A stretch of 64,000 nt of DNA from an uncultured delta proteobacterium (lineage in GTDB: Bacteria > Myxococcota_A > Polyangia > Haliangiales > Haliangiaceae). How positions within the stretch are numbered: position 1 is the first letter of the stretch; the number at the start of each line of letters is the position of its first letter. A program made the translations under genes and the position numbers. Shown piece after piece: positions 44,401 to 59,027 of this stretch. The notes under the pieces are model-generated. The model did not search any database and had not been told where the DNA came from. It was given only the letters and a program-made list of their open reading frames with translations. The stretch spans positions 288,001 to 352,000 of the forward strand of contig CAWKDB010000010.1 of the NCBI GenBank assembly GCA_963848295.1. The letters run 5' to 3'.

Positions 44401-45174
44401 GGCGAGAGCGAGGTCGCGCTGACCGCGGCGCGCAGCGTGCGCGATCTGATCTCGATCGACGACTACGAAGGCCAGATGCGCGCGAATTTCGCGCTCGTCG
44501 AGCTCATGCGCCAGAGCGGAGATCTCGGCGGTGCGATCGCGCTGCTCGAGGAGGTCGTTCGCGACCATCCGCTGCATGCGGTCGCACTCGATCAACTCGC
44601 CGAGCTCCACATCGCGCGCGACGAGTGGCAAGCGGCGACGCGCTATCTATTCCAGCTCGTCGCCCTCGCCCCGACGCCGGCGCAGCGCGCCGAACGCCTG
44701 TTCCGACTCGGCGAGGCGGTCGATGTCCACCTCGGCGATCGCGAGCGCGCCGACGACGTGTTCCTGCGCGCGTCGGACCTCGACCCCAGCCACGTCCCGA
44801 CGTTGCGCCGGTTGCTCGACGTCTACTGGCGCAACGACGATCCCGCCGCGCTCGTCGAGGTCGCGACCGAGCTCGCGTCCGCCGGTGGCCTCGTCAAGGG
44901 ACCGGTCGCTTCGAGCTCGCTCGCCCACGCACTGATCGCCGCCGCGCTCGTCGGCGACACTCCGCTCGCGACTCATCTCCTCGGCGCGCTCGGCGATGAC
45001 GCGGCCCCCGGGATCACCGGCGCGCTCGACGAGCTCTCGGATCGGCAAGGCCGGTTCGAGCTCGCGAGCGCATCGACCGCGATCGCCGAGCTCGCGCGCC
45101 GCGGCCTCGTCGACCTGGCGAAGCTGCGCGCCGCTGCGTCCGGCACGCCGGTCGCGCGCATCCTGCGCTCCTAG
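38443..45174 (+). CDS. Giant TPR-repeat protein (~2240 aa)
   Basis: Uninterrupted ORF; many TPR units (ALELDP, ALAFDP, ALIEDP); likely GTG start 7 nt after a TACCTT -10 box. Confidence 0.85.
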   Translation: MLEATAGSRRLPFTFQAPGGVGRLSLTDLDVGALTIDQLELEVSELGTAPGPTTAAERFQRRRTRLRALTIRTSAAAIDARLDAISRHLAGLGITGAAARLGDGFVSIRARAADGLATADVSFRIELVPAGVHLRAIASHIRVHGHLPTPGPVIADRILVALFAATDVPGMAERPHSRGLCDIEVDLIGALLWHLMPPAGWRLPATSDVELVHLRIARTGIEVGFGPSGSRTGELGVRAQALQLASTHDLMHSADDQVRAGHVEEAMRGYRALLAAGGPDQPLLLERILALAAARPAWYFDGLELARQALRRWPQFGAAHAALGSITLAQGDAREAARHLTELAQLASAEVDDDQAALAALAGARLLRVLDPRSATALYELALEHDPSSAEAADALADRLGDEQRWTELVRLLRSRAVEADNVRAVELRLRLADVLVHRLNDPLGAHHELDTARSLAPNDPAVFEMTAMILAASDPKAAVEAWRDVARLAADREDHRTGARAFAMIGELLSADEATDEAMSAWTRALELDPLQHAAIAGLAGLAAAKGDHLVAADLYQRLRGTGLAQSSAARYELLLARSLVMLGLMDEARASLRRATVGGGETAAEAHAVLAEIAEAGFDRDHAVGELDTAIGSLVELARESIAEAELGGGAPEADRLYARAAELAMLRATLLDQAGHADQATGDWARAHELAGSHAPHIAREAARTMLSRAAGGHAERKWIDGVLATEPPAPERAALLVHRADVRRHEPTPDLVAAVADLREAIAAIEGLTDDSPSHTRRRAYQLEAELLALSGDRRARAQALAALARMADRAIDKVAVETAAAAAWLEADEPTAALPHAARAHAELPVDASPALRRDVLVTLGEAAWRQRAWPDVIRAYRGLVADAGVEPVDRGTYRYRLAVGADRSGDAELALESLRALVIPASDDDARATPPEIRGKALRLYADLAERSGDLGAAATALEAFANVAAESTPSARADAMYRAGELFRRANRPDDAVRCLEGALRISETHLPALDALELAWRERGDLERVSVILGRKVAATARHPQRQKPLLSRLGDLQDQLGRPEVALATHQRALEIDSTWRPSLRYVTSRLQADGAIVAAVEGVAQLAGELPGDSGADGAVVGRERQLAAQALAELVGRLDPGQLAAVGPFARPALERAAASGADVASALARLRGEPAPRAPTGDSEENTQSGRSRAAAGGALSLRDAAARSRAAGKLDDALASLETANHVSPGDVSVLRELVDVASEAGDYRAAARHIAALAGAQSGARRADTLLELADLFYDQLDDASAARSTMRDAADELGPGARRDATLRMLASESATHLAWDTAVDALGAIADDRRTAADIIQLATALLRAGRPLDAAMLAEQNAELLADDGMLARDMRAEVARRESLERNPTHDFPAPVVLDAAARELESADLEPADEPVDRPGGSFDSVAALEDIASTATGREQAAALHDLALIARGSRDPIRAAALWTKAHRVDPDYPPVWMPLADALVGADDLDAARELYERIAASTAYDAERRAFAADRAEALGHDDSIVSGEVRSRAGSTAPELEAARELAEADDLQGAIAAAERAAAEAPDDPSALQLLEVLYFEAGDITAASEAIGRQLVAAEQPEQRALLWRRRAKLYRDALGRDAEAYRCLKEAHACAPADPEIAYQLRTAAMVRGEWALVASLLYREIAAAGSPRDRGALHLELALIYAEKLDDPAQAQVNFEQALAFDPTIPAARAPLAARYEAIGRYFDAARLYEEAASAARPSDRAQLLASAARCRSSANNAAGQSELASKLATADAAGELDAATDLAHQLWRAEPGHPTAFRVLASRHRAAGDLPALSEITSAYAARSADAPNAERLALGGARAAAWLDVARLADDLGALEQAARAYDLALIEDPGHTRALDARGGLAFRLGDYATADLIYRDLSPGESELGEDDLALRRSLIAEHLGRDSEALELARIAAAAAPGRIDLLARLQSLAAQIGESEVALTAARSVRDLISIDDYEGQMRANFALVELMRQSGDLGGAIALLEEVVRDHPLHAVALDQLAELHIARDEWQAATRYLFQLVALAPTPAQRAERLFRLGEAVDVHLGDRERADDVFLRASDLDPSHVPTLRRLLDVYWRNDDPAALVEVATELASAGGLVKGPVASSSLAHALIAAALVGDTPLATHLLGALGDDAAPGITGALDELSDRQGRFELASASTAIAELARRGLVDLAKLRAAASGTPVARILRS

Positions 45175-45266
45175 CGCGCCCGAACGCGCGACCTAAATCA
45201 GCTCTCGCTGTAATCGATCAAGCGATGCGGATCCCGAGCGGTGTGTCTGCCATTGCGCGAATGTTA

Positions 45267-46202
45267 CTATCGGCGCAGCTCGCGCACCCCGCGGCCGGTG
45301 ACCTTGCGGATCAGCGTCCGTAGCGTGACCGCATCGCGATAGCCGACCGCGGTCGCGACATCGTCGACGCTCGCATCGGTGCGCCGCAGTCGATCGATTG
45401 CATACTGCACGCGGAGCTCGCGCACGAACGCGACCGGTGACTTGCCCAGCACGCGTTGCAACCGGCGCTCGAGCGTACGCTCACCGGCGCCCACCGCGCG
45501 CGCCGCACCCGAAAGCGAGAACTGCGCGAGATGCCCCTTCGCCCATGCTTCGAACTTCTCGACCATCGGGTCGCCATGGGCGACGAACTCTTGGAGCACG
45601 AACTGCGCCTGCGACGTCCGCGGATCGTGCGCGAGGTGGTGCGCGGTGGTGCGCGCGAGCTGCGGGCTCGTGCGGGCGATCAGGAACACCGCGAGATCGA
45701 GATGGGCGAGCGCCGCGCCCGCCGTGATCACGCCGCGCGCATCGACGATCATGCGCGACTCGTCGAGCTCGACCTCGGGATAGCGCGCGCGAAACGTGGG
45801 AGCCAACCACCACGTCGTGGTCGCCCGCTTGCCTGCGAGCAGGCCGGCCTCGGCGACGACGAACACGCCCGAGCACGCGGCCGCGATCGTCGCGCCCGCC
45901 GCACGCCAGGCGTTCAGCTGTTCGCAGGCATCGGGGAGGTCGCGGCGCGCGAGCCGCGCGGCGATCGCATCCCCGGACAGCGCCGCGAGCCCGGGCACGA
46001 TCACGAGATCCGGTCGCTGCCGAGACCTGGGCGCGACCGGGACGGCGAGCCCGAGGCCGGTCGTGACCCGCCGCCGCACCGCGATGCGCTCGATCTCGAA
46101 CGTGCGAGCGCCGGCGAGCGCATTCGCGACCTCGAGCGTGTCGTGCAGGGTGGACAGCCCCGAATCGAACACACCGTCCAGCACGAGGATGGCGACGCGC
46201 AT
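45267..46202 (-). CDS. GlxA-family transcriptional regulator (DJ-1/PfpI plus AraC HTH)
   Basis: AACSGVFVVAEAGLLAGKRATTTWW, ERTLERRL, VATAVGYRD. Confidence 0.9.
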   Translation of the reverse strand: MRVAILVLDGVFDSGLSTLHDTLEVANALAGARTFEIERIAVRRRVTTGLGLAVPVAPRSRQRPDLVIVPGLAALSGDAIAARLARRDLPDACEQLNAWRAAGATIAAACSGVFVVAEAGLLAGKRATTTWWLAPTFRARYPEVELDESRMIVDARGVITAGAALAHLDLAVFLIARTSPQLARTTAHHLAHDPRTSQAQFVLQEFVAHGDPMVEKFEAWAKGHLAQFSLSGAARAVGAGERTLERRLQRVLGKSPVAFVRELRVQYAIDRLRRTDASVDDVATAVGYRDAVTLRTLIRKVTGRGVRELRR

Positions 46203-46272
46203 GTCGGAAACGGTACCATCGTTGTCGATTCCGCCTCTAGAGCAATCGCGAGGCCTTGGCTAGGTTGTGGTC

Positions 46273-46575
46273 ATGCTGAAAACCGCTCTCGTCGTCAAAG
46301 TCGTCGCGAAGTCCGGAAAACAAGAAGACGTCGCGAAGTTCCTCGCGGGCGCGCTGCCTCTCGCCAATGCCGAGGCGTTCACGCCCGTGTGGTTCGCACT
46401 GCGGGCCTCGACCGATACGTTCTACATCGTCGATGCGTTCGCGGATGACGCCGGCCGAACCCGCCATCTCAACGGCGAGATCGCCGCCGCGCTGATGGCC
46501 AACGCGGACGCCTTGTTGGCCCAACCACCGACGATCGAAAAGGTGGACGTTTTGGCGAGCAAAGTCACCAAGTAG
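46273..46575 (+). CDS. Antibiotic biosynthesis monooxygenase (ABM) family protein
   Basis: [13 protein letters not shown]...WFALR...[19 protein letters not shown]; divergent from the GlxA regulator. Confidence 0.85.
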   Translation: MLKTALVVKVVAKSGKQEDVAKFLAGALPLANAEAFTPVWFALRASTDTFYIVDAFADDAGRTRHLNGEIAAALMANADALLAQPPTIEKVDVLASKVTK

Positions 46576-46589
46576 CGCGGTCCGCCCCG

Positions 46590-46617
46590 TTGACGGTCTT
46601 GTAAGCGTGGTTACGCT
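46590..46617 (+). promoter_or_regulatory. Sigma70-like promoter for clpB
   Basis: TTGACG-N16-TACGCT, 10 nt upstream of the ATG at 46628. Confidence 0.45.
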
Positions 46618-46627
46618 AGCTCCAGTC

Positions 46628-49227
<2,600 letters not shown>

Positions 49228-49228
<1 letters not shown>

Positions 49229-49971
49229 TGGCGCAACAGCAGATCGATTTCGATCCGGGGGTCGATTACTACAAGGCGCTCGGCGTGCCCCAAGGCGCGA
49301 CCGCTGACGAGATCAAGAAGGCCTATCGCAAGCTCGCGAAGGCCAACCATCCCGACTCGACCGGCGGCGACAAGGCGAAGGAGTCGCGGTTCAAGACGAT
49401 CTCGGCCGCGTACGACGTGCTCGGTGATGTGAAGAAGCGCGCCGCGTATGACCAGATTCGCGCGTCGGGCGGCCTGCGCGGGTTCCCCGGCGGCAGTGGG
49501 ACGTACACGACGCAAGGCACCGGCCCCGGCGTATTCGATCTCGGTGACTTGTTCGGGCAGTTCTTCGCCGGCGGCGGCGGCCCCGCCGGTCGGCGCGGTG
49601 GGCGGGTCCGAGTCGAGCCGGTCGAGTTTGACACCGACGACGCCGAGTTCGAGAGCAACGTCAAGGCTTCCGACGGCAGCTGGTTGCGAGTCGAGGGCAA
49701 TGACTACCACTCCGACGTTCGGATCTCGTTCGATCGCGCGATCCTCGGCACGGTCGCGACCGTCGCGACCGTCGACGGTAGGGCCGAGGTCAAGGTCCCG
49801 CCCGGCACTTCGAGCGGCAAGAAGCTGCGGCTCAAGGGCAAGGGCGCCAAGGCGCGGGGGGGACGCGGCGATCACTACGTCACGGTCCAGATCGATGTCC
49901 CGGGCGACCTCGACGAAGACGCGAAGAAGCAACTCGTTCACCTCGTGCAACGGCTGCGCAAGAAAGGCTAG
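49228..49971 (+). CDS. DnaJ-class B co-chaperone (CbpA-like, no zinc finger)
   Basis: DYYKALGV...[13 protein letters not shown] region, C-terminal [20 protein letters not shown] overlaps the clpB stop. Confidence 0.9.
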
Positions 49972-49988
49972 TATCCAGGGAGTAAGCG

Positions 49989-52445
<2,457 letters not shown>

Positions 52446-52464
52446 GGCACGCCTCGAGCGCTCG

Positions 52465-52953
52465 CTAGCCCGCAACCTGCGCCGGGGCCCACTGCACTGC
52501 GTGCGGAGCGCGTGCGCGAATCAGCTCGACGACGCGCAGCCAATCAGCCATCGCGAGCTCGAGCCGACGATGATCCGCATCGATCACCAGGCACTTCACC
52601 TTGACCACGAACCACCGCGTACGGGTCACGACAAACGCATTGGTCACAAGCTCGGGTCGCGAACGCAGCGCCTCGAGCACCGCAGTGACGCTGCCCGGCC
52701 CGAGCTGGCGCAAGCGCGAAGCGAACTGCATGCCGACCAGCACGATCCCGGCGAGCACCAGCAAGCCCGGAAGCGCCAGCATCAGCTCGTCGCCGCGACC
52801 ACGCGTCGCGACTATCGCGATGTAGTAGACGACGCGCCCGGCCAACGCGAGCATCGCGAGCACCGCGACCGCGGATACGGCACGCGCCATCGCGATCGCG
52901 TACTTCAGCCGGTCCACTAACTCGCGAACATCGGCGCCGTCGGTGGATTGCAC
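52465..52953 (-). CDS. Hypothetical membrane protein
   Basis: Two hydrophobic segments; TAAGCT -10 box 6 nt before the GTG start. Confidence 0.6.
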   Translation of the reverse strand: MQSTDGADVRELVDRLKYAIAMARAVSAVAVLAMLALAGRVVYYIAIVATRGRGDELMLALPGLLVLAGIVLVGMQFASRLRQLGPGSVTAVLEALRSRPELVTNAFVVTRTRWFVVKVKCLVIDADHRRLELAMADWLRVVELIRARAPHAVQWAPAQVAG

Positions 52954-53150
52954 CCCACCAGCTTACTAGGGGCGGGGGACCGGCATTCCAGGGTATCGCG
53001 CGCATCCGTTACGAGGCGACGGTGTTCACCCCGTCCAGCGCAGCGAACAGCGATCCCGCAGTTGCCGGTAGCGCTGGCAACTGATGTTGCCATTGCGGAC
53101 GACATGGGGCGCAAGGCCTCGGACTCTCGTCGGCCGAGGCACCATCGCAG

Positions 53151-53166
53151 TGGCATGCCGTGTGCT
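53151..53166 (+). promoter_or_regulatory. Sigma54 (-24/-12) promoter
   Basis: TGGCATG-CCGT-GTGCT with exact GG-N10-GC spacing, 24 nt upstream of the ATG at 53191. Confidence 0.6.
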
Positions 53167-53190
53167 CATGCCCACGGCAAGGACATCGCC

Positions 53191-53484
53191 ATGTACGCCG
53201 CCGCCCGCCACACCACAAACGCCCCTGACCTGTTGCACTACTTCGAGTATTCGAGCAAAGGGATCGAGGTCGTCGAGGATGGGCTGAAGGAAGTCGCCTT
53301 CGGCGAGTACTTGGTCGAGACCCAGACGCTCGATCGCTTTCAGCTGTTCCGCGCGCTGCAGATGCAAGACCGGTTGCCCGGCGTCCGCCTCGGCGAATGC
53401 GCCGCCGCGCTCGGCTACGCGTCGATCGGCGCGATCGAGAAGCTCTACGCCTCGTTCCAGCGGCTGACGACCGTCACGGTCTAG
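53191..53484 (+). CDS. Small stand-alone MshEN-like protein
   Basis: FGEYLVETQTLDRFQLFRALQMQ...RLGECAAALGY resembles the tandem MshEN motif; AAGGA RBS. Confidence 0.7.
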   Translation: MYAAARHTTNAPDLLHYFEYSSKGIEVVEDGLKEVAFGEYLVETQTLDRFQLFRALQMQDRLPGVRLGECAAALGYASIGAIEKLYASFQRLTTVTV

Positions 53485-53503
53485 CTGTCGCCCGCTGGGT
53501 CGC

Positions 53504-54469
53504 CTATCGTTGGGTGATGGTCGGCTGATCGAACGCGCGCGCAAACGCGGCGTCGAACGCCTCGTCCGTCGCATCGAGCTCCGGATCGCGTGACAGGTCG
53601 AGGTCGAGTACGACCTCTTCGACCACCGGGTCGGGCCCGTCGCGGCCGGGAAGGCCCGTGTCATCGATCATCACGACCTCGCCCGTGCCGCGCGCCCAGT
53701 CGTCGTGGAGCGCCATCGGCGCCGTGGTCGAGCGGGTTGCGCGGGACGTCTCGGGTTCGACACCGCGACGCAACGCCACGACGAGCGCTGCGGCCCGTGC
53801 GCTCACCGCAGCGGCGCTCGGGCGGATGCCGGCGGGCACGAGCATCGCATCGGCGAGGGTCGCGAGCTCGCGCGAGCCGCGATCCGCGGCGCCCGCGGGT
53901 AGTAACGCATACGCGACCATCCCCAGTGCCTGAACGTCGGCCGCGCCTTCGATCGCCGGGCCGCGACGGACGCGCCGCCAGTCGATCACGCAGAGCGGGA
54001 AGCCGCGCGTGCCGCGGTCGCGCACGATCGCTTCGAGCCAGAGGTTGCCGTGGATGATCCCGCGCGCGTGAGCGTAGGCGAGCACGTCGGCGACGTCGCA
54101 TAGCATCTCGGCGATCTCGATCGCCGCGCTGGCGGCATCGGGGGGCGTCGCGCCCGCGCCGAGCGCACATCGATCGCCCTCGACCAGCTCGCGCGCGATC
54201 CACGGCAGGCCGTCATCGCTCAGCCCGCAGTCGTAGATCCGTGGCGCGCCCGGGTGGCGAAGCTCGTCGCACAGGCAAGCCTCGCGGACCAGCCGTGCGG
54301 AAGCCGTCGCCGCGGTCGCCACGGTCACGATCGCGCGCCGAGGTAGGACAACGTGCGTGGCCTCGTAGCTCGCCTCGTCATGGGTGGCGGCGAGCACGCG
54401 ATCGACCACGTAGTCTGAAAGGTTGCCCACGAGCCGCAGGAGATTGCAGCCGCCGTGCCTCGACTCCAT
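53504..54469 (-). CDS. Degenerate Ser/Thr kinase-like protein (pseudokinase)
   Basis: RLVREA..L.HPGAPRIYDCG, WIARELVEG, LAYAHARGIIHGNL, VIDW, DVQALG; catalytic motifs replaced. Confidence 0.7.
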   Translation of the reverse strand: MESRHGGCNLLRLVGNLSDYVVDRVLAATHDEASYEATHVVLPRRAIVTVATAATASARLVREACLCDELRHPGAPRIYDCGLSDDGLPWIARELVEGDRCALGAGATPPDAASAAIEIAEMLCDVADVLAYAHARGIIHGNLWLEAIVRDRGTRGFPLCVIDWRRVRRGPAIEGAADVQALGMVAYALLPAGAADRGSRELATLADAMLVPAGIRPSAAAVSARAAALVVALRRGVEPETSRATRSTTAPMALHDDWARGTGEVVMIDDTGLPGRDGPDPVVEEVVLDLDLSRDPELDATDEAFDAAFARAFDQPTITQR

Positions 54470-54588
54470 CGCTCTGCGGGGCGTCGCGAGCGCGATCGGC
54501 GCTGGAGACTGCCGACCCGATGCCGATCAGCCCGTGAACAATCGACCTCAGCGCAGCCTGCGCAGGAGGTACGACTCGCGGCGCGACG

Positions 54589-55605
54589 CTAGCCGAGGTT
54601 GCGAATCACGGCGTCGGTGTACGTCTGCGTGTTCGCCTTGCCGCCGAGGTCGCCGGTGCGCGTCTCGACGTTGCCGAGTGCCGTGTAGATGCCCTTGCGC
54701 AACCGCGCCGCGGCCTCGGTCTGTGCGACGTGATCGAGCAGCAGCGCCGCCGACAGCATCAAGCCGGTCGGGTTGGCGATGCCCTTGCCCGCGATGTCCG
54801 GAGCGGTCCCGTGCACGGCTTCGAACATCGCGACGTTGTCGTCGCCGATGTTGGCGGCTGGCGCGACGCCGAGGCCGCCGACCAGCCCGGCGGTCAGATC
54901 CGACAAGATGTCGCCGAAAAGGTTCATCGTGACGATCACGTCGAACCGCTCCGGCGCGATCACGAGCTTCATCGCGGTCGCATCGACGATCATGTCGTCG
55001 AACGCGATGTCGGGATAACGCTTGGCGACCTCGCGTCCGGTGTCTAGGAACAACCCATTCGACATCTTCAGGATGTTCGCTTTGTGAACAAGCGTGACCT
55101 TCTTGCGGCCGTGGCGCCGCGCGTACTCGAACGCGTAGACGATGATCCGCTCGCTCCCGAACTTCGTGATGATCGCGATCGATTCGGCCGCGGTGCGGCG
55201 CGGATCGATGTAGTGCTCGACCCCGGCGTAGAGGTCCTCGGTGTTCTCGCGCACGATCGTGAGATCGACATCGGTGTAGCGCGACGGCACCCCCGCGATC
55301 GTACGCACCGGCCGGACGTTCGCGTAGAGATCGAACTGCTGGCGCAACGTCACGTTGACCGAGCGATAACCGCCGCCGCTCGGCGTCGCGAGCGGGCCCT
55401 TGAGTGCCAACCCGGTACGCTTGAGCGAATCGATCGTCGCCTGCGGCAGCGGATCGCCCTTGCGCTCGACCGCGCCGGCGCCGGCATCGGCGCGTTCCCA
55501 GATCAGCGAGCCGCCCGCAGCCTCGACCGCGCGCACCGTGGCGCGCGCGATCTCCGGCCCGATGCCATCGCCTTCGATCAACGTCACGGTCGGCTTCTTC
55601 GTCAT
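54589..55605 (-). CDS. NAD-dependent isocitrate dehydrogenase (isocitrate/isopropylmalate family)
   Basis: TLIEGDGIGPEI, KGPLATPSGGGYRSVNVTLR, RENTEDLY, HKANILK, NLFGDILSD, EAVHGTAPDIAG. Confidence 0.9.
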   Translation of the reverse strand: MTKKPTVTLIEGDGIGPEIARATVRAVEAAGGSLIWERADAGAGAVERKGDPLPQATIDSLKRTGLALKGPLATPSGGGYRSVNVTLRQQFDLYANVRPVRTIAGVPSRYTDVDLTIVRENTEDLYAGVEHYIDPRRTAAESIAIITKFGSERIIVYAFEYARRHGRKKVTLVHKANILKMSNGLFLDTGREVAKRYPDIAFDDMIVDATAMKLVIAPERFDVIVTMNLFGDILSDLTAGLVGGLGVAPAANIGDDNVAMFEAVHGTAPDIAGKGIANPTGLMLSAALLLDHVAQTEAAARLRKGIYTALGNVETRTGDLGGKANTQTYTDAVIRNLG

Positions 55606-55613
55606 GGCGCTCC

Positions 55614-55943
55614 TTAGAACCCGCGCAGCGTGCGCGGCGCGGGATCGATCTCGATATCCTCGCCGGTGACGCGCACCGGATAGCTGACGAGACACACATC
55701 TGATGCTTCGTCGTGGCGTCCGGTCGCGGTCGAAAACCGCCAGCCGTGATTCGCGCACACGACGTGGCCACGCGCGATGATGCCGTCGACCAGGTCGCCG
55801 CCGCGGTGCACGCAGCGCCGCTGGACCGCGAAGTAGCGATCACCATCCCGGCCGAGCGCGATCTCTACGCCCTCGACCGCGACCGCGACGAGATCGCCGG
55901 GCTCGAGGTCGCCGACCTTTGCGACCGGGTGCCACGCGCTCAT
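55614..55943 (-). CDS. Rieske 2Fe-2S ferredoxin
   Basis: CVHRG...CANHGWRF ligand motifs. Confidence 0.9.
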   Translation of the reverse strand: MSAWHPVAKVGDLEPGDLVAVAVEGVEIALGRDGDRYFAVQRRCVHRGGDLVDGIIARGHVVCANHGWRFSTATGRHDEASDVCLVSYPVRVTGEDIEIDPAPRTLRGF

Positions 55944-56039
55944 CGCCTGCACTCTTGCACGCCCGTCAGCGCGGGTCGAGTCGGACCTTGCCGGTGTCGC
56001 GACCAGCGGTTGCCTCGCGCGGCGCGCGCATCGCGTCGA

Positions 56040-57492
<1,453 letters not shown>

Positions 57493-57502
57493 CTCATCAG
57501 TC

Positions 57503-57597
57503 TGTCTAGATGTCTAGACTCTGTCCACCTTCCTGGACGGCGGGCCTGCCTGGAATCAACTTAACTATCAGTAATCACGTGTCGTAATTCTTGGACA
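57503..57597. promoter_or_regulatory. Three 18-bp palindromic sites TGTC-N10-GAC(A), candidate enhancer-binding-protein UAS
   Basis: 57503-57520 TGTCTAGATGTCTAGACT; 57522-57539 TGTCCACCTTCCTGGACG; 57580-57597 TGTCGTAATTCTTGGACA. Confidence 0.6.
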
Positions 57598-57601
57598 GAC
57601 C

Positions 57602-57617
57602 TGGATCTCGATATGCG
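57602..57617 (+). promoter_or_regulatory. Possible sigma54 promoter for the ECF gene
   Basis: TGGATCTCGATATGCG has GG-N10-GC spacing but is non-consensus at several positions. Confidence 0.4.
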
Positions 57618-57641
57618 TAAGGGAAACGCAGGAGGGCGAGC

Positions 57642-58151
57642 ATGAACACCCCGCTGGACCTCGACCGGACCCGCACGTACGTACGATCCGTAGCGCTCAA
57701 GTACGTCCACAACGAGTGCGACGCCGACGACGTGACCCAGGACGCGATGCTGCTGGCGCATCGCTACCGGGCGTCGTTCCGAGGCGACTCGCGCTACACG
57801 ACCTGGCTGTACCGCATCACCGCGACCGCCGCGCTGATGTTCCTGCGCCGGCAACGCCGCTACGCGCGCGAGCTGCCGTCGAGCGAGACCGTCGATCCCG
57901 ACGGCGGGTCGTTGCTCGATCGGGCCGCTGCACCGACCGACGTGCGCGCCGAGCTGATGGCGCGGACCGAGCTCGGTGACATCGCCGACGCGGTCGCCGC
58001 GCTCGGTGCGAAGTATCCGGTCGTATTCTGGAAGCGCTACGGCGAAGGTCGGACCGAAACCGAGATCGCACGTGAGCTCGGACTGTCGGTCGCCGCGGTC
58101 AAGACCCGCGCGTTCCGCGGTCGGCAGGCGGCGTTGCGGATCGCCGGTTAG
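57642..58151 (+). CDS. ECF RNA polymerase sigma factor
   Basis: DADDVTQDA, SFRGDSRYTTWLYRI, EIARELGLSVAAVKTRAFRGR; GGAGG RBS. Confidence 0.92.
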   Translation: MNTPLDLDRTRTYVRSVALKYVHNECDADDVTQDAMLLAHRYRASFRGDSRYTTWLYRITATAALMFLRRQRRYARELPSSETVDPDGGSLLDRAAAPTDVRAELMARTELGDIADAVAALGAKYPVVFWKRYGEGRTETEIARELGLSVAAVKTRAFRGRQAALRIAG

Positions 58152-58178
58152 CTCGAGATTGCCTGCTAGAGTGCCCCG

Positions 58179-59027
58179 GTGGCTCGCCCCGATCCGCTCG
58201 CCGATCCCGATGTCCCCCGCGGGATGTCGATCGAGCTGCTCAAGGACCTCCACCTGCTCACTCGCGACGGCCAGCTCAACGCCGATGCGCGCCGCAAGCT
58301 CAAGCAGATCCGTCACCTCGTCGGTCTGCTGAAGCCGGCGCTCGACGACGCGTTCGCGCGGTCGACCGAGCCGCTCGTGGTCGACTGTGGCGCTGGCAAG
58401 AGCTACCTCGGCGCGCTGCTCCACGAGCTCGTGCTCGGCCCGGCCGCACGCGGCTCGCTCGTCGCGATCGAAGCGAGGCCCGAGCTCGCGGACCAGGCGA
58501 CGGCGCGCGCGGCGCGGTTCGGCCACTCGCGGTTTCGCGTCCACACCGGCGCGATCGCGGCGGCGGACCTCGGCACGCGCCCCAGCGTCGTCACCGCGCT
58601 GCACGCGTGTGACACCGCGACCGACGATGCGATCGTGCTCGCGATCGCGGCCGGCGCCGATCACGTCGCGGTCGTCCCGTGCTGTCAGGCCGAGGTCGCG
58701 CGCCAGCTCGAGGCGAACCCGCCCGCCGAAGCCGCGCTCGCCGCGTTGTGCGAGCACGCGTTGCATCGCCGCGAGCTCGGATCGCACCTGACGAACGTGG
58801 TCCGCGCGCTCGCACTCGAGGCCCACGGGTACAAGGTCACGGTCACCGAGCTCGTCGGCTGGGAACACTCGGCGAAGAACGAGCTGATCATCGCCAAGCG
58901 CGTCAATCGCTTCGATCGCGCGGCGCGCGCGCGGTTGCGCGAGGTCCTCGATCGCTGGGGGATCGAGCCAGCCGTGATCCGCGAGCTGACCGCGCGCGAT
59001 CTCGACCCGCGCGCGGTCGTCCAGTAA
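58179..59027 (+). CDS. SAM-dependent methyltransferase
   Basis: VVDCGAGKSYLG, ALHACDTATDDA, VPCCQ, ELVGWEHSAKNELI. Confidence 0.88.
   Translation: MARPDPLADPDVPRGMSIELLKDLHLLTRDGQLNADARRKLKQIRHLVGLLKPALDDAFARSTEPLVVDCGAGKSYLGALLHELVLGPAARGSLVAIEARPELADQATARAARFGHSRFRVHTGAIAAADLGTRPSVVTALHACDTATDDAIVLAIAAGADHVAVVPCCQAEVARQLEANPPAEAALAALCEHALHRRELGSHLTNVVRALALEAHGYKVTVTELVGWEHSAKNELIIAKRVNRFDRAARARLREVLDRWGIEPAVIRELTARDLDPRAVVQ

Noticed and set aside
53075..53091. TGGCAACTGATGTTGC as a second sigma54 promoter
   Set aside because: Spacing is GG-N11-GC; better explained as a palindromic binding site.
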